A DNA stretch of 64,000 nt from Macrostomum lignano (GCA_002269645.1 NIVC01003666.1:1-64000), one strand, 5' to 3'. Shown: positions 29,401 through 42,355, numbered from the stretch's first letter. The notes: generated by a model from the letters alone, not told the origin. Translations and numbers: made by a program.

Positions 29401-32400
29401 TCATGTAAAGTCTATAGGTTTGTATGGCATCTCTGGCATCATGTAACATCTCTGGGACATGTCATACTTCTGCATGGTGATTAGATCATCACACCATAGA
29501 GAGCATATCTCTGACCATGTGACACACAACAGTTCTCTCTAAAATCATTGGTTAGCAAACAAAGGTTCGAGTGCAATTCCCAAACCTCAATCAGGTATTG
29601 GCAGCCCGACTCGGATCAGGTGATCGAACTGGAAGAGAACAGCGAGAGCAGCTCAAGCGAGTCGCACGTGATTCGCCGGGCAACCCTGAACAAGCTGATC
29701 GAGCGGATGACTCACTACAGCGGCAACATTGACAGCCGGCTGATGAAAGTCTTTCTAATGACTTTCAGATCTTTCTGCACTCCGCTGCACCTGCTAACTA
29801 AGCTAATTAGTCGCTTTAATTTTCCCGAGTACACCTATGTGGATTTTCAAACTGATGACTCCATGATGTCTGTGGCCCAGGCTCAGCTGAGGAAACGGGA
29901 ATTCGAGGTGTGTCTGTTCAATATGCGACAGATATATATTGATTGATTTGTTGGTTAATTAATTAGTTTATTGATTGGTTGGTTGATTGATTGATTGATT
30001 GGTTGATTGGTTAATTAGTTGATTAATTGACTGATTGATTGATTGATCGATTGGTTGATTGATTGGTTGGTTGGTTGATTGGTTAATTAATTGATTAATT
30101 GACTGATTGATTGATCGATTGGTTGATTGATTGGTTGGTTGGTTGATTGGTTAATTAATTGATTAATTGACTGATTGATTGATTGGTTGATTGATTGATT
30201 GATTGATTGGTTGTTTTTTGATTGATCAATTGGTTAATTAATTAGTTTATTGATTGATTGGTTGATTGGTTAGTTGGTTGTTTAGTTGATTGATTAATTC
30301 ATTGATAGATAGATACATAAATAGATTGATGGATTGGTCTTACAAACAATATTCATTCGCAGCACTCATTAAAAGCCACTTACGTTAACTCACGCCACCC
30401 CATTTCGCACTGCCAGGACAAGTACTGCCGCAAGGTTAGGCTACGCGTGCTCAAAGTCATGACCACCTGGATTGAGAACTATTTTCACGATTTCGGCAAA
30501 TGCCCAGAATTAGTCAATGGCCTGCGCGACTTTCTCAACGGCCCGTCCGTTGACAAGCTCTACGATATTAAGAAGTTCCAGGTAAGAGGAAAAGACTGCC
30601 GATCATTTTATAATTGTCCATTTATGAAAAAGTAACACTGGCTCTCATTGAAACAATCACTCAAGGTGCCCAACCTGTTGAAGCAGCTGGACCGCAGGAG
30701 CCGAGGCGAGGGCAGGCGCGAGCTGGTCCAGTCCATCGAAGACTATCCAGAGGTGCTTTGGCACACGGCCAGAGACAAGCGCGAATTCAACATTATGACT
30801 TTGCATCCTCTGGAATTGGCACGGCAAATCACCCTGTACATGTTCTCGTTGTACATGCGTATCGAGCCCTGGGAGCTGGTCACTGGGGACTGGATGAAGA
30901 CTAAAGAAAAGCAGCTGAGAGCGCCAAATGTGCACAACTTGATTCGCTACACTAACAGGCTGACTTGGTGGTGCTGCCTCAATGTGCTGAAAACCAATCA
31001 TCTGGAGGAGAGGCGCTGCGTGTTGCTGAGGATATACGAGGTATTCAATTGTGTCTGTAGGTGTTGCTATGTGTCTGGGTGTTGCTATGTGTCTGGGTGT
31101 TGCTATGTGTCTGGGTGTTGCTATGTGTCTGGGTGTTGGTATGTGTCTGTAGGTGTCTGTAGGTGTTGCTATGTGTCTGTATGTGTTGCTATGTGTCTGT
31201 AGGTGTTGCTATGTGTCTGTGGGTGTTGGTATGTGTCTGTAGGTGTCTGTAAGTGTTGCTATGTGTCTGTAGGTGTAGGTATGTGCCTGTAGGTGTTGGT
31301 ACGTGTCTGCAGGTGTTGCTATGTGTCTGTAGGTGTTGCTATGTGTCTGTAAGTGTAGGTATGTGTTTGCAGGTGTTGCTATGTGTCTGTATGTGTTGCT
31401 ATGTGTCTGTAGGTGTTGGTATGTGTCTGTAGGTGTCTGTAGGTGTTGCTATGTGTCTGTAAGTGTAGGTACGTGCCTGTAGGTGTTGGTATGTGTCTGC
31501 CGGTGTTGGTATGTGTCTGTAGGTGTTGCTATGTGTCTGTAAGTGTAGGTATGTGTTTGCAGGTGTTGCTATGTATCTGTATGTGTTGCTATGTGTCTGT
31601 AGGTGTTGCTATGTGTCTGGGTGTTGCATTGTGTCTGTAGGTGTTGCTATGTGTCTGTATGTGTTGGTATGTGTCTGTAGGTGTTGGTATGTGTCTGTAG
31701 GTGTTGGTATGTGTCTGTAGGTGTTGGTATGTGTCTGTAGGTGTCTGTAGGTGTTGCTATGTGTCTGTAAGTGTAGGTATGTGTCTCTAGGTGTTGGTAC
31801 GTGTCTGCAGGTGTTGCTATGTGTCTGTAGGTGTTGGTATGTCTCTGTAGGTGTTGGTCTGTGTCTATAGGTGTTAGCATGTGTTTGCAGGTGTTGGTAG
31901 GTAAAGTCTGTGCTGCATTATTGGGGATTTTAAGTGGGTATGTTTGCAGGTCATTTCTATGCTGGTATTTCTAGTTATACTCGTAGTAACATTGTTAATA
32001 AATTACAGTTAATAAGCTGTTAAGTATCTCTAAAGACTTCAACCAATCCCCATTCTCACCCAAACTCGGCCCAGATCATGAAGTACTTCCGTTCGTTAAA
32101 CAACTTCCTTGGCCTGGCCGCACTGGACAGCGTGTTCGTGAACTCCTCAATCCAGTACATCCGGCTGCAGCACACCTGGAAGCTAATTAAGAACGGCAAA
32201 GATAATAAGTTCCTCGAACAGGTGCAAGAGCTAGTCAGCAATGGCAACACAATGCGGCAGTACGATGAGTTATTGCGCACACTGGACACGGCCTGCGTGC
32301 CAAACCTGCGCTACCATCTCAGCCTCATCTTCCGGCTATTGGAAATCAACAGGGTCAAAGGCGACCAGCAGCAACAGCAGCAGCAACTTACTACCGGCAG

Positions 32401-35400
32401 GACGACCGCGTTAACCACAGCCGAGGCCGATGCCACCGTTATGATTCCGTTCTTCTGCTACCGACAGGTTCGCTTACACTGTCTCCCCCACTCTGGATAA
32501 GGACTGTCTCCCCCACTCTGGATAAGGATTGTCTCCCCCACTCTGGATAAGGACTGTCTCCCCCACTCTGGATAAGGACTGTCTCCCCCACTCTGGATAA
32601 GGACTGTCTCCCCCACTCTGGATAAGGACTGTCTCCCCCACTCTGGATAAGGACTGTCTCCCCCACTCTAGATAAGGACTGTCTCCCCCACTCTGGATAA
32701 GGACTGTCTCCCCCACTCTGGATAAGGAATGTCTTCCCCACTCTGGATAAGGATTGTCTCCCCCACTCTGGATAAGGACTGTCTCCCCCACTCTGGATAA
32801 GGATTGTCTCCCCCACTCTGGATAAGGACTGTCTCCCCCACTCTGGATAAGGACTGTCTCCCCCACTCTGGATAAGGATTGTCTGCCCCCACTCTGGATA
32901 AGGAATGTCTGCCCCCACTCTGGATAAAGACTGTCTCCCCCACTCTGGATAAGGATTGTCTCCCCCACTCTGGATAAGGACTGTCTCCCCCACTCTGGAT
33001 AAGGAATGTCTCCCCCACTCTGGATAAGGATTGTCTCCCCCACTCTGGATAAGGACTGTCTCCCCCACTCTGGATAAGGATTGTCTCCCCCACTCTGGAT
33101 AAGGACTGTCTCCCCCACTCTGGATAAGGACTGTCTCCCCCACTCTGGATAAGGATTGTCTGCCCCCACTCTGGATAAGGACTGTCTCCCCCACTCTGGA
33201 TAAGGACTGTCTCCCCCACTCTGGATAAGGACTGTCTCCCCCACTCTGGATAAGGACTGTCTCCCCCACTCTGGATAAGGACTGTCTCCCCCACTCTGGA
33301 TAAGGACTGTCTCCCCCACTCTGGATAAGGACTGTCTCCCCCACTCTGGATAAGGACTGTCTCCCCCACTCTGGATAAGGACTGTCTCCCCCACTCTGGA
33401 TAAGGACTGTCTCCCCCACTCTGGATAAGGACTGTCTCCCCCACTCTGGATAAGGACTGTCTCCCCCACTCTGGATAAGGACTGTCTCCCCCACTCTGAA
33501 TAAGGAATGTCTCCCCCACTCTGGATAAGGACTGTCTCCCCCACTCTGGATAAGGACTGTCTCCCCCACTCTGGATAAGGAATGTCTGCCCCCACTCTGG
33601 ATAAGGATTGTCTCCCCCACTCTGGATAAGGATTGTCTGCCCCACTCTGGATAAGGACTGTCTCCCCCACTCTGGATAAGGATTGTCTCCCCCACTCTGG
33701 ATAAGGACTGTCACCCCCACTCTGGATAAGGACTGTCTCCCCCACTCTGGATAAGGATTGTCTGCCCCCACTCTGGATAAGGAATGTCTGCCCCCACTCT
33801 GGATAAAGACTGTCTACCCCACTCTGGATAAGGATTGTCTCCCCCACTCTGGATAAGGACTGTCTCCCCCACTCTGGATAAGGAATGTCTCCCCCACTCT
33901 GGATAAGGATTGTCTCCCCCACTCTGGATAAGGAATGTCTGCCCCCACTCTGGATAAGGATTGTCTCCCCCACTCTGGATAAGGATTGTCTCCCCCACTC
34001 TGGATAAGGACTGTCTCCCCCACTCTGGATAAGGAATGTCTGCCCCCACTCTAGATAAGGACTGTCTCCCCCACTCTGGATAAGGACTGTCTCCCCCACT
34101 CTGGATAAGGATTGTCTGCCCCCACTCTGGATAAGGAATGTCTGCCCCCACTCTGGATAAAGACTGTCTCCCCCACTCTGGATAAGGATTGTCTCCCCCA
34201 CTCTGGATAAGGACTGTCTCCCCCACTCTGGATAAGGACTGTCTCCCCCACTCTGGATAAGGATTGTCTGCCCCCACTCTGGATAAGGAATGTCTGCCCC
34301 CACTCTGGATAAGGATTGTCTCCCCCACTCTGGATAAGGATTGTCTGCCCCCCCCCACTCTGGATAAGGAATGTCTGCCCCACTCTGGATAAGGACTGTC
34401 TCCCCCACCCTGGATAAGGACTGTCTCCCCCACTCTGGATAAGGAATGTCTCCTCCACTCTGGATAAGGATTTTCTGCCCCCACTCTGGATAAGGATTGT
34501 CTCCCCCACTCTGGATAAGGATTGTCTGCCCCCACTCTGGATAAGGACTGTCTGCCCCCACTCTGGATAAGGATTGTCTCCCCCACTCTGGATAAGGATT
34601 GTCTGCCCCCCCCACTCTGGATAAGGAATGTCTGCCCCACTCTGGATAAGGACTGTCTCCTCCACTCTGGATAAGGATTGTCTGCCCCCACTCTGGATAA
34701 GGATTGTCTGCCCCCACTCTGGATAAGGATTGTCTCCCCCACTCTGGATAAGGACTGTCTGCCCCCCCCACTCTGGATAAGGATTGTCTGCCCCCACTCT
34801 GGATAAGGATTGTCTCCCCCACTCTGGATAAGGATTGTCTGCCCCCCCACTCTGGATAAGGAATGTCTGCCCCACTCTGGATAAGGACTGTCTCCCCCAC
34901 CCTGGATAAGGACTTTCTCCCCCACTCTGGATAAGGATTGTCTCCCCCACTCTGGATAAGGATTTTCTGCCCCCACTCTGGATAAGGATTGTCTCCCCCA
35001 CTCTGGATAAGGACTGTCTCCCCCACCCTGGATAAGGACTGTCTCCCCCACTCTGGATAAGGAATGTCTCCTCCACTCTGGATAAGGATTGTCTCCCCCA
35101 CTCTGGATAAGGATTGTCTCCCCCACTCTGGATAAGGAATGTCTCCCCCACTCTGGATAAGGATTGCCCCCCCCACTTCGGGTAAAGACCCAGTTACTAT
35201 GGATAAAGACCAATGGCTGCGGATAAAGAATCATGGCTATGGATTGAAACTCATGGCTATGGATTGAAACTCATGGCTATGGATAAAGACCCCTGACTAT
35301 GGATAAAGACCCAGTTACTATGAATAAGGACTGTCTCCCCCACTCTGGATAAGGACTGTCTCCCCCACTCTGGATAAGGACTGTCTCCCCCACTCTGGAT

Positions 35401-38400
35401 AAGGATTGTCTCCCCCACTCTGGATAAGGACTGTCTCCCCCACTCTGGATAAGGACTGTCTCCCCCACTCTGGATAAGGACTGTCTCCCCCACTCTGGAT
35501 AAGGACTGTCTCCCCCACTCTGGATAAGGACTGTCTCCCCCACTCTGGATAAGGACTGTCTCCCCCACTCTGAATAAGGAATGTCTCCCCCACTCTGGAT
35601 AAGGATTGTCTCCCCCACTCTGGATAAGGACTGTCTCCCCCACTCTGGATAAGGAATGTCTGCCCCCACTCTGGATAAGGATTGTCTCCCCCACTCTGGA
35701 TAAGGATTGTCTGCCCCACTCTGGATAAGGACTGTCTCCCCCAATCTGGATAAGGATTGTCTCCCCCACTCTGGATAAGGACTGTCTCCCCCACTCTGGA
35801 TAAGGACTGTCTCCCCCACTCTGGATAAGGATTGTCTGCCCCCACTCTGGATAAGGAATGTCTGCCCCCACTCTGGATAAAGACTGTCTCCCCCACTCTG
35901 GATAAGGATTGTCTCCCCCACTCTGGATAAGGACTGTCTCCCCCACTCTGGATAAGGAATGTCTCCCCCACTCTGGATAAGGATTGTCTCCCCCACTCTG
36001 GATAAGGAATGTCTGCCCCCACTCTGGATAAGGATTGTCTCCCCCACTCTGGATAAGGATTGTCTCCCCCACTCTGGATAAGGACTGTCTCCCCCACTCT
36101 GGATAAGGAATGTCTGCCCCCACTCTGGATAAGGACTGTCTCCCCCACTCTGGATAAGGACTGTCTCCCCCACTCTGGATAAGGATTGTCTGCCCCCACT
36201 CTGGATAAGGAATGTCTGCCCCCACTCTGGATAAAGACTGTCTCCCCCACTCTGGATAAGGATTGTCTCCCCCACTCTGGATAAGGACTGTCTCCCCCAC
36301 TCTGGATAAGGATTGTCTGCCCCCACTCTGGATAAGGATTGTCTGCCCCCACTCTGGATAAGGAATGTCTGCCCCCACTCTGGATAAGGATTGTCTCCCC
36401 CACTCTGGATAAGGATTGTCTGCCCCCCCCCACTCTGGATAAGGAATGTCTGCCCCACTCTGGATAAGGACTGTCTCCCCCACCCTGGATAAGGACTGTC
36501 TCCCCCACTCTGGATAAGGAATGTCTCCTCCACTCTGGATAAGGATTTTCTGCCCCCACTCTGGATAAGGATTGTCTCCCCCACTCTGGATAAGGATTGT
36601 CTGCCCCCACTCTGGATAAGGACTGTCTGCCCCCACTCTGGATAAGGATTGTCTCCCCCACTCTGGATAAGGATTGTCTGCCCCCCCCCCACTCTGGATA
36701 AGGAATGTCTGCCCCACTCTGGATAAGGACTGTCTCCTCCACTCTGGATAAGGATTGTCTGCCCCCACTCTGGATAAGGATTGTCTGCCCCCACTCTGGA
36801 TAAGGATTGTCTCCCCCACTCTGGATAAGGACTGTCTGCCCCCCCCCCACTCTGGATAAGGATTGTCTGCCCCCACTCTGGATAAGGATTGTCTCCCCCA
36901 CTCTGGATAAGGATTGTCTGCCCCCCCACTCTGGATAAGGAATGTCTGCCCCACTCTGGATAAGGACTGTCTCCCCCACCCTGGATAAGGACTGTCTCCC
37001 CCACTCTGGATAAGGAATGTCTCCTCCACTCTGGATAAGGATTTTCTGCCCCCACTCTGGATAAGGATTGTCTCCCCCACTCTGGATAAGGATTGTCTGC
37101 CCCCACTCTGGATAAGGACTGTCTGCCCCCCCACACTCTGGATAAGGAATGTCTGCCCCCACTCTGGATAAGGATTGTCTCCCCCACTCTGGATAAGGAT
37201 TGTCTCCCCCACTCTGGATAAGGAATGTCTCCCCCACTCTGGATAAGGATTGCCCCCCCCACTTCGGGTAAAGACCCAGTTACTATGGATAAAGACCAAT
37301 GGCTGCGGATAAAGAATCATGGCTATGGATTGAAACTCATGGCTATGGATTGAAACTCATGGCTATGGATAAAGACCCCTGACTATGGATAAAGACCCAG
37401 TTACTATGAATAAGGACTGTCCCGCTGCGTATAAAGCCCCAAACTTTCTTTTAGTCAGTCCGTTTTAGTCTCACTAACAGCACTGCCTGTTTCGATGACG
37501 TCACCCGCAGGTCGCAGAGCGCATAGACGAGCTGCTCAAAGCCAAGGACACTCGCTATCAGCTGCGCGAAGAGCCATCAATCCAAGAATTCGTCCGCGAC
37601 ATCAACCCGATGCGCGACCTGGAACTGGAAGAGGTTGACGACACTAACCAGAACCAGCGCCTATTGGATAACATATTCTATCGAATGAGCAACGAGCTGG
37701 AGCCCAAGGACGCCGACGAAGACTCGCTGAAGCGATCGGGCGCCAGGCGGTTCTCTTCTGAGGCGCTCCGCTCCCCGACTGTCAACGGCGGCGGCAGCGG
37801 AGGCGGCGTTGGCGGCGGCGGCAAATCGGCGAAGAAATCGTCAGCTGGCGGAGGCGGCGGCGCCAGACTGACCTCTGCGCCGTTTATCCAGAGCAGCTCC
37901 AGGCCGACATCGCCTCTGCGAGATGCTCAGCAGCAGCCGCCGACGCCTCATCAAATTGTGCACTCCGGCAAGTCTAGCGCCGGAGGCAGCTCGGGTCTGA
38001 CGTCACCGAATGGACCGATTGCGCAATCGCCGAGTGAGTAGCTGGGTCACGTGATGCGGTTTGTAATTCGATTGCTAACTAAATTAGTTACTGGATATAA
38101 AAGCTATCGCATCTTAGCTACTAAATAGTAGCGAGAAACGGATGGGGAACCAATTCAATAGAGCCTGCAATTCGCTGGTAGTTGAAAAATCGACAAAGAA
38201 CTTGTTTCTAAGGAAGTTTCCGTATTGATAATTCTCTTCTAGACTAATTTTCATTTAAAATCGTTTCGCAAAGTGAATAAGATTGCCTATTTTATCCTTC
38301 CTCGCAGGATTCTTTCGCTTCGGTACGTTGCCAATAAAAAAATCCCTTTTAAACCAATACAAACCGTTCTTTAATGTCGGGTCTCTTATTACGTTATTAA

Positions 38401-41265
38401 TCGATTTTTATAGATTTCTAAACCACTAAATTACACTTATAAGTTAACTAATATTTAAAATAATGTATAGGTAATATTAATTCGCTCTTTAACTATTGTT
38501 TCAATATTCAAGGATCCAGTTGTAAGGGCAAGTTAAGGGCAAGTTTAGGATTGTGTGATAAACTCCGTTTGCGTATACCCAACTTCAAATGCGTAATGGT
38601 GTCTGAGAGCGGGACAATGCAAGTGTCCGGGAGTGTCTGGGAAAGTCTATGGGAGTGTCTGGGAAGGTCTATGGGACTGTCTGGGAAAGTCTATGGGACT
38701 GTCTGGGAAAGTCTATGGGGCTGTCTGGGAAAGTCTATGGGAGTGTCTGGGAAAGTCTATGGGACTGTCTGGGAAAGTCTATGGGAGTGTCTGGGAAAGT
38801 CTATGGGAGTGTCTGGGAAAGTCTATGGGAGTGTCTGGGAAAGTCTATGGGAGTGTCTGGGAAAGTCTATGGGACTGTCTGGGAAAGTCTATGGGACTGT
38901 CTGGGAAAGTCTATGGGACTGTCTGGGAAAGTCTATGGGAGTGTCTGGGAAAGTCTATGGGACTGTCTGGGAAAGTCTATGGGAATGTCTGGGAAAGTCT
39001 ATGGGAATGTCTGGGAGAGTGTTCGGCAGTGTCTATGGGAGTGTCTGAAAGAGTATCTATAGGAGTGTCTGGAAGAGTATCCATAGGAGTGTCTGAAAGA
39101 GTATCTATAGGAGTGTCTGGAAGAGTATCTATAGGAGTGTCTGGAAGAGTATCTATAGGAGTGTCTGGGAGAGTATCTATAGGAGTGTCTAGGAGAGTAT
39201 CTATAGGAGTGTCCATGAGAGTACGAGTATCTATAGGAGTGTCTTGGAGAGTATCTATAGCAGTGTCTGGGAGAGTATCTATAGGAGTGTCTGGGAGAGT
39301 ATCTATAGGAGTGTCTGGGAGAGTATCTATAGGAGTATCTGGAAGAGTATCTATAGGAGTGTCGGGGAGAGTATCTATAGGAGTGTCTGGAAGAGTATCT
39401 ATAGGAGTGTCGGGGAGAGTATCTATAGGAGTGTCTGGAAGAGTATCTATAGGAGTGTCGGGGAGAGTATCTATGAGTGTCTAGGAGAGTATCTATAGGA
39501 GTGTCCATGAGAGTACGAGTATCTATAGGAGTGTCTGGGAGAGTTTCTTTAGGAGTGTCTGGAAGAGTATCTATAGGAGTGTCTGGGAGAGTATCTATAG
39601 GAGTGTCTGGGAGAGTATCTATAGGAGTGTCTGGGAGAGTATCTATAGGAGTGTCTGGGAGAGTATCTATAGGAGTGTCTGGGAGAGTATCTATAGGAGT
39701 GTCTGGGAGAGTATCTATAGGAGTGTCTGGGAGAGTATCTATAGGAGTGTCTGGGAGAGTATCTATAGGAGTGTCTGGGAGAGTATCTATAGGAGTGTCT
39801 GGGAGAGTTTCTTTAGGAGTGTCTGGAAGAGTATCTATAGGAGTGTCTGGGAGAGTATCTATAGGAGTGTCTGGGAGAGTATCTATAGGAGTGTCTGGGA
39901 GAGTATCTATAGGAGTGTCTGGGAGAGTATCTATAGGAGTGTCTGGGAGAGTATCTATAGGAGTGTCTGGGAGAGTATCTATAGGAGTGTCGGGGAGAGT
40001 ATCTATAGGAGTGTCTGGGAGAGTATCTATAGGAGTGTCGGGGAGAGTATCTATAGGAGTGTCTGGGAGAGTATCTATAGGAGTGTCTGGAAGAGTATCT
40101 ATAGGAGTGTCTGGGAGAGTATCTATAGGAGTGTCGGGGAGAGTATCTATAGGAGTGTCGGGGAGAGTTTCTATAGGAGTGTCTGGGAGAGTATCTATAG
40201 GAGTGTCTGGGAGAGTGTTCGGCAGTGTCTATGGGAGTGTCGGGGAATGTGGCTACAATCATGAAGCTCCCTAATAGATTGACTCGCAGGTCAGGGGCAG
40301 CTGTATTGGCCTCAGTAGGACAGGGCATCAATCAGACAACACTACTGCGCATGTCCCATTCCTGTGACTTAAGTGATTTTTCTAATTAACAAGAAATCCA
40401 TCCAATCCATTCATTGTTTTGCTTGCCTGTCCCAAATGTGTTTTGCATGGCACTTGTTGCAGTAAAGTATGAAAAATATTAGAATTGCCATGTACTGCTA
40501 GGAGCCTGCTGTGAGATTGTTTAAACGAATCAGTGTTCCGTTTTGATGGGGCCAGCATAGTTTGACTGTCTATGCATCGCAATCGAGCATGCTGCTCGCT
40601 GTCTCGTACAAATAGTGTTTTTCTCTATTGTTAATATTTACCTACATGACTAACCCAAGTGACTGACCGTGCTCTCCCTTTATTTCTGCATTCAAATTTC
40701 AGTAGTTGAAGACCTGACTCGGCAGGACAGTGCAGGTAAAAAAACCGAAGCGCCAGAATTTGTGTTATTGCGATTTTTCTGCTCGATTGTTTTTCATTTT
40801 CTCTAACTACTGCTACTATTGTGTCGGATATCAGTAGCTCATGTCAATCATAAAATGATATAATAATCTGCATTTATGTTTGAAATTGCAGACCATTCTC
40901 GCAGCATCTCAGACCCCGTGCCGGCGGCAGTTGGCGCCGCCGTCGTCTCTGGCGGCGGCAGCGGCAGCCCGGCAGCAGCGCCGGCGGCTGGAGGCGGAGG
41001 CGTCCTGGCCAGCCACAGCAACAGCAACAGCGGCAGCAGTCAGCTGCCTCCGCTGCCGCCCAGGCAGACGGCCGGTTTGAAGTCGGCAGCGGCCGCTGTA
41101 AAATCGGCCGCCGTTGCGACAGCCACTGCGACGGCGGCAGCGGCGTCGACGTCAACCGGAGCGGCGCCGCCTCTGCCGCCCCGAGCTCGCAAGTCGGCTC
41201 CGCCGCCGTCGTTGCCGCCCAGAACTTCATTGCGCAGCAGTTCGGTCAGCAATCCGACTCAATAG
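16488..41265 (+). CDS. Sos: Son of sevenless Ras/Rac guanine nucleotide exchange factor, ~1550 aa (exons 16488-17021, 19766-21494, 28769-28931, 29071-29154, 29595-29907, 30417-30581, 30666-31040, 32075-32467, 37511-38033, [38308-38322], [40703-40735], 40892-41265)
   Basis: Domain order matches SOS: histone-fold ([13 protein letters not shown]...[11 protein letters not shown]), DH ([20 protein letters not shown]), PH ([16 protein letters not shown]), REM ([25 protein letters not shown]), CDC25 ([12 protein letters not shown]), and a Pro-rich tail with PxxPxR motifs. All exon phases are consistent with GT-AG junctions. Confidence 0.95.
17038..19655. repeat. 38-bp minisatellite CTACCCCTGACCTCAGGTCCTTCTCAATGAGCTACTAG in Sos intron 1
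   Basis: Period of 38 measured; very homogeneous distal part. Confidence 0.98.
21525..22680. repeat. 34-bp minisatellite ACTGTCCGTCTGGTGATCTGGTCCCTGTCACTGA
   Basis: Period of 34 measured. Confidence 0.98.
23130..24200. repeat. Degenerate ~35-38-bp minisatellite TATTAGAAGTTTGTCTTAGTCTATTAGGTT, interrupted by a hAT element
   Basis: Direct reading. Confidence 0.85.
23513..24043. mobile_element. hAT-type non-autonomous element inserted into an intronic minisatellite of Sos
   Basis: TIRs CAGTGGTGTGATT / AATCACACCACTG, subterminal GGCGCGAA repeats, and a perfect 8-bp TSD ATTGGAAG at 23505-23512 and 24044-24051. Confidence 0.92.
24566..25330 (+). mobile_element. Degenerate relative of the Charlie-like MITE at 61790, with an expanded GA-rich 57-bp repeat inside
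   Basis: The 5' end CTGGGGTCAGCAAAAC...CAAGGGCCAAATAAA resembles 61790-61830. The right end and TSD are not clearly identifiable. Confidence 0.45.
25780..26482. repeat. (GACA)n-derived compound repeat with GGCA and CACTAA variants
   Basis: Direct reading. Confidence 0.95.
27083..27300 (+). mobile_element. Charlie-like MITE 5' fragment
   Basis: CAGGGGTCGGCAAAATCCAGCCCGCGGGCC is a typical hAT-Charlie end and is followed by a CT-rich tract. No matching 3' end was found. Confidence 0.4.
27930..28615. repeat. 23-bp minisatellite GAGAAATCGCCCTTCTAATCTGT
   Basis: Direct reading. Confidence 0.95.
29250..29470. repeat. Degenerate ~20-bp repeat ATCATGTAACATCTCTGGG
   Basis: Direct reading. Confidence 0.75.
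29940..30310. repeat. (TTGA/TTGG)n microsatellite
   Basis: Direct reading. Confidence 0.9.
31051..31900. repeat. 20-bp minisatellite GTGTTGCTATGTGTCTGTAG
   Basis: Direct reading. Confidence 0.95.
32478..37420. repeat. 25-bp minisatellite CTGTCTCCCCCACTCTGGATAAGGA (~4.9 kb) with a higher-order duplication
   Basis: Period of 25 measured; a duplicated ~165-bp junction block at ~35165-35330 and ~37251-37415. Confidence 0.98.
38625..40245. repeat. Two adjacent related minisatellites (22-bp GTCTGGGAAAGTCTATGGGAGT, then 24-bp GTGTCTGGGAGAGTATCTATAGGA)
   Basis: Direct reading. Confidence 0.95.
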
Positions 41266-41679
41266 GGATTATTTTCTATCCTTATATTTCCCCTGTTGAT
41301 TTTGTTTCCCGCGTCCTTCATTAATCCGCTTTTTGCTACCTACCTCCTTGTCAGTAGTCTGTGCGGCTTATGTTAAACTATTGTTATTAGAAAGTTTGTA
41401 ATAATAATTTGAATTCCAGTAAAAAATTGAATGAGTCTGTGTTTTTATAAATTCTCAATCCCCTGCTTAGTTTCTATTGCTCTGATAATTGCCTGTGCCG
41501 ATTGGCCTGCTCCCTGGAAACTGCATTAGCTCTGTAGCTCAGCATTACACAATTGTGAGCTGTTGGATCTTTGGTATCGAATATTTGCAATATTTGCTTC
41601 GCATTGTTGTCTTGTTGCTTTATAACTCCAGTTTTTGCGTTTGTATCTGGGTGAGATTGACATGGTTGGGGGGGGGGTG

Positions 41680-42355
41680 AGACTTCTGAGTCTCTATGCC
41701 AGTAAATGGTGAGATTTCCGAGTCTCTATGCAGTAAAGGGTGAGATTTTCAAGGAGTCTATGTCAATAAGAGGTGAGATTTCTGAGTCTCTATGCCAGTT
41801 AAGGGTGAGATTTCCGAGTCTCTATGCCAATAAGGGGTGAGATTTCCGAGTCTCTATGCCAGTAAAGGGTGAGATTTCCGAGTATCTATGCCAATAAGGG
41901 GTGAGATTTCCGAGTCTCTATGCCAGTAAAGGGTGAGATTTCCGAGTCTCTATGCCAATAAGGGGTGAGATTTCCGAGTCTGTGCCAGTAAAGGGTGAGA
42001 TTTCCGAGTCTCTATGCCAGTAAAGGGTGAGATTTCCGAGTATCTATACCAATAAGGGGTGAGATTTCCGAGTCTGTGCCAGTAAAGGGTGAGATTTCCG
42101 AGTCTCTATGCCAATAAGGGGTGAGATTTCTGAGTCTCTATGCCAGTAAAGGGTGAGATTTCCGAGTCTCTGTGCCAGTAAAGGGTGAGATTTCCGAGTC
42201 TCTATGCCAATAAGGGGTGAGATTTCTGAGTCTCTATGCCAGTAAAGGGTGAGATTTCCGAGTCTCTGTGCCAATAAGGGGTGAGATTTCTGAGTCTCTA
42301 TGCTAGTAAAAGATGAGATTTCCGAGTCTCTATGCCAGTAAAGGGTGAGATTTCG
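41680..42355. repeat. 32-bp minisatellite GTGAGATTTCCGAGTCTCTATGCCAGTAAAGG
   Basis: Period of 32 measured. Confidence 0.95.

Noticed and set aside
32439-37320. Very long ORFs (up to 900 aa) and a CRISPR-like regular repeat
   Set aside because: These are translations of a 25-bp tandem unit inside a Sos intron. There are no unique spacers and no cas genes, and the context is eukaryotic.
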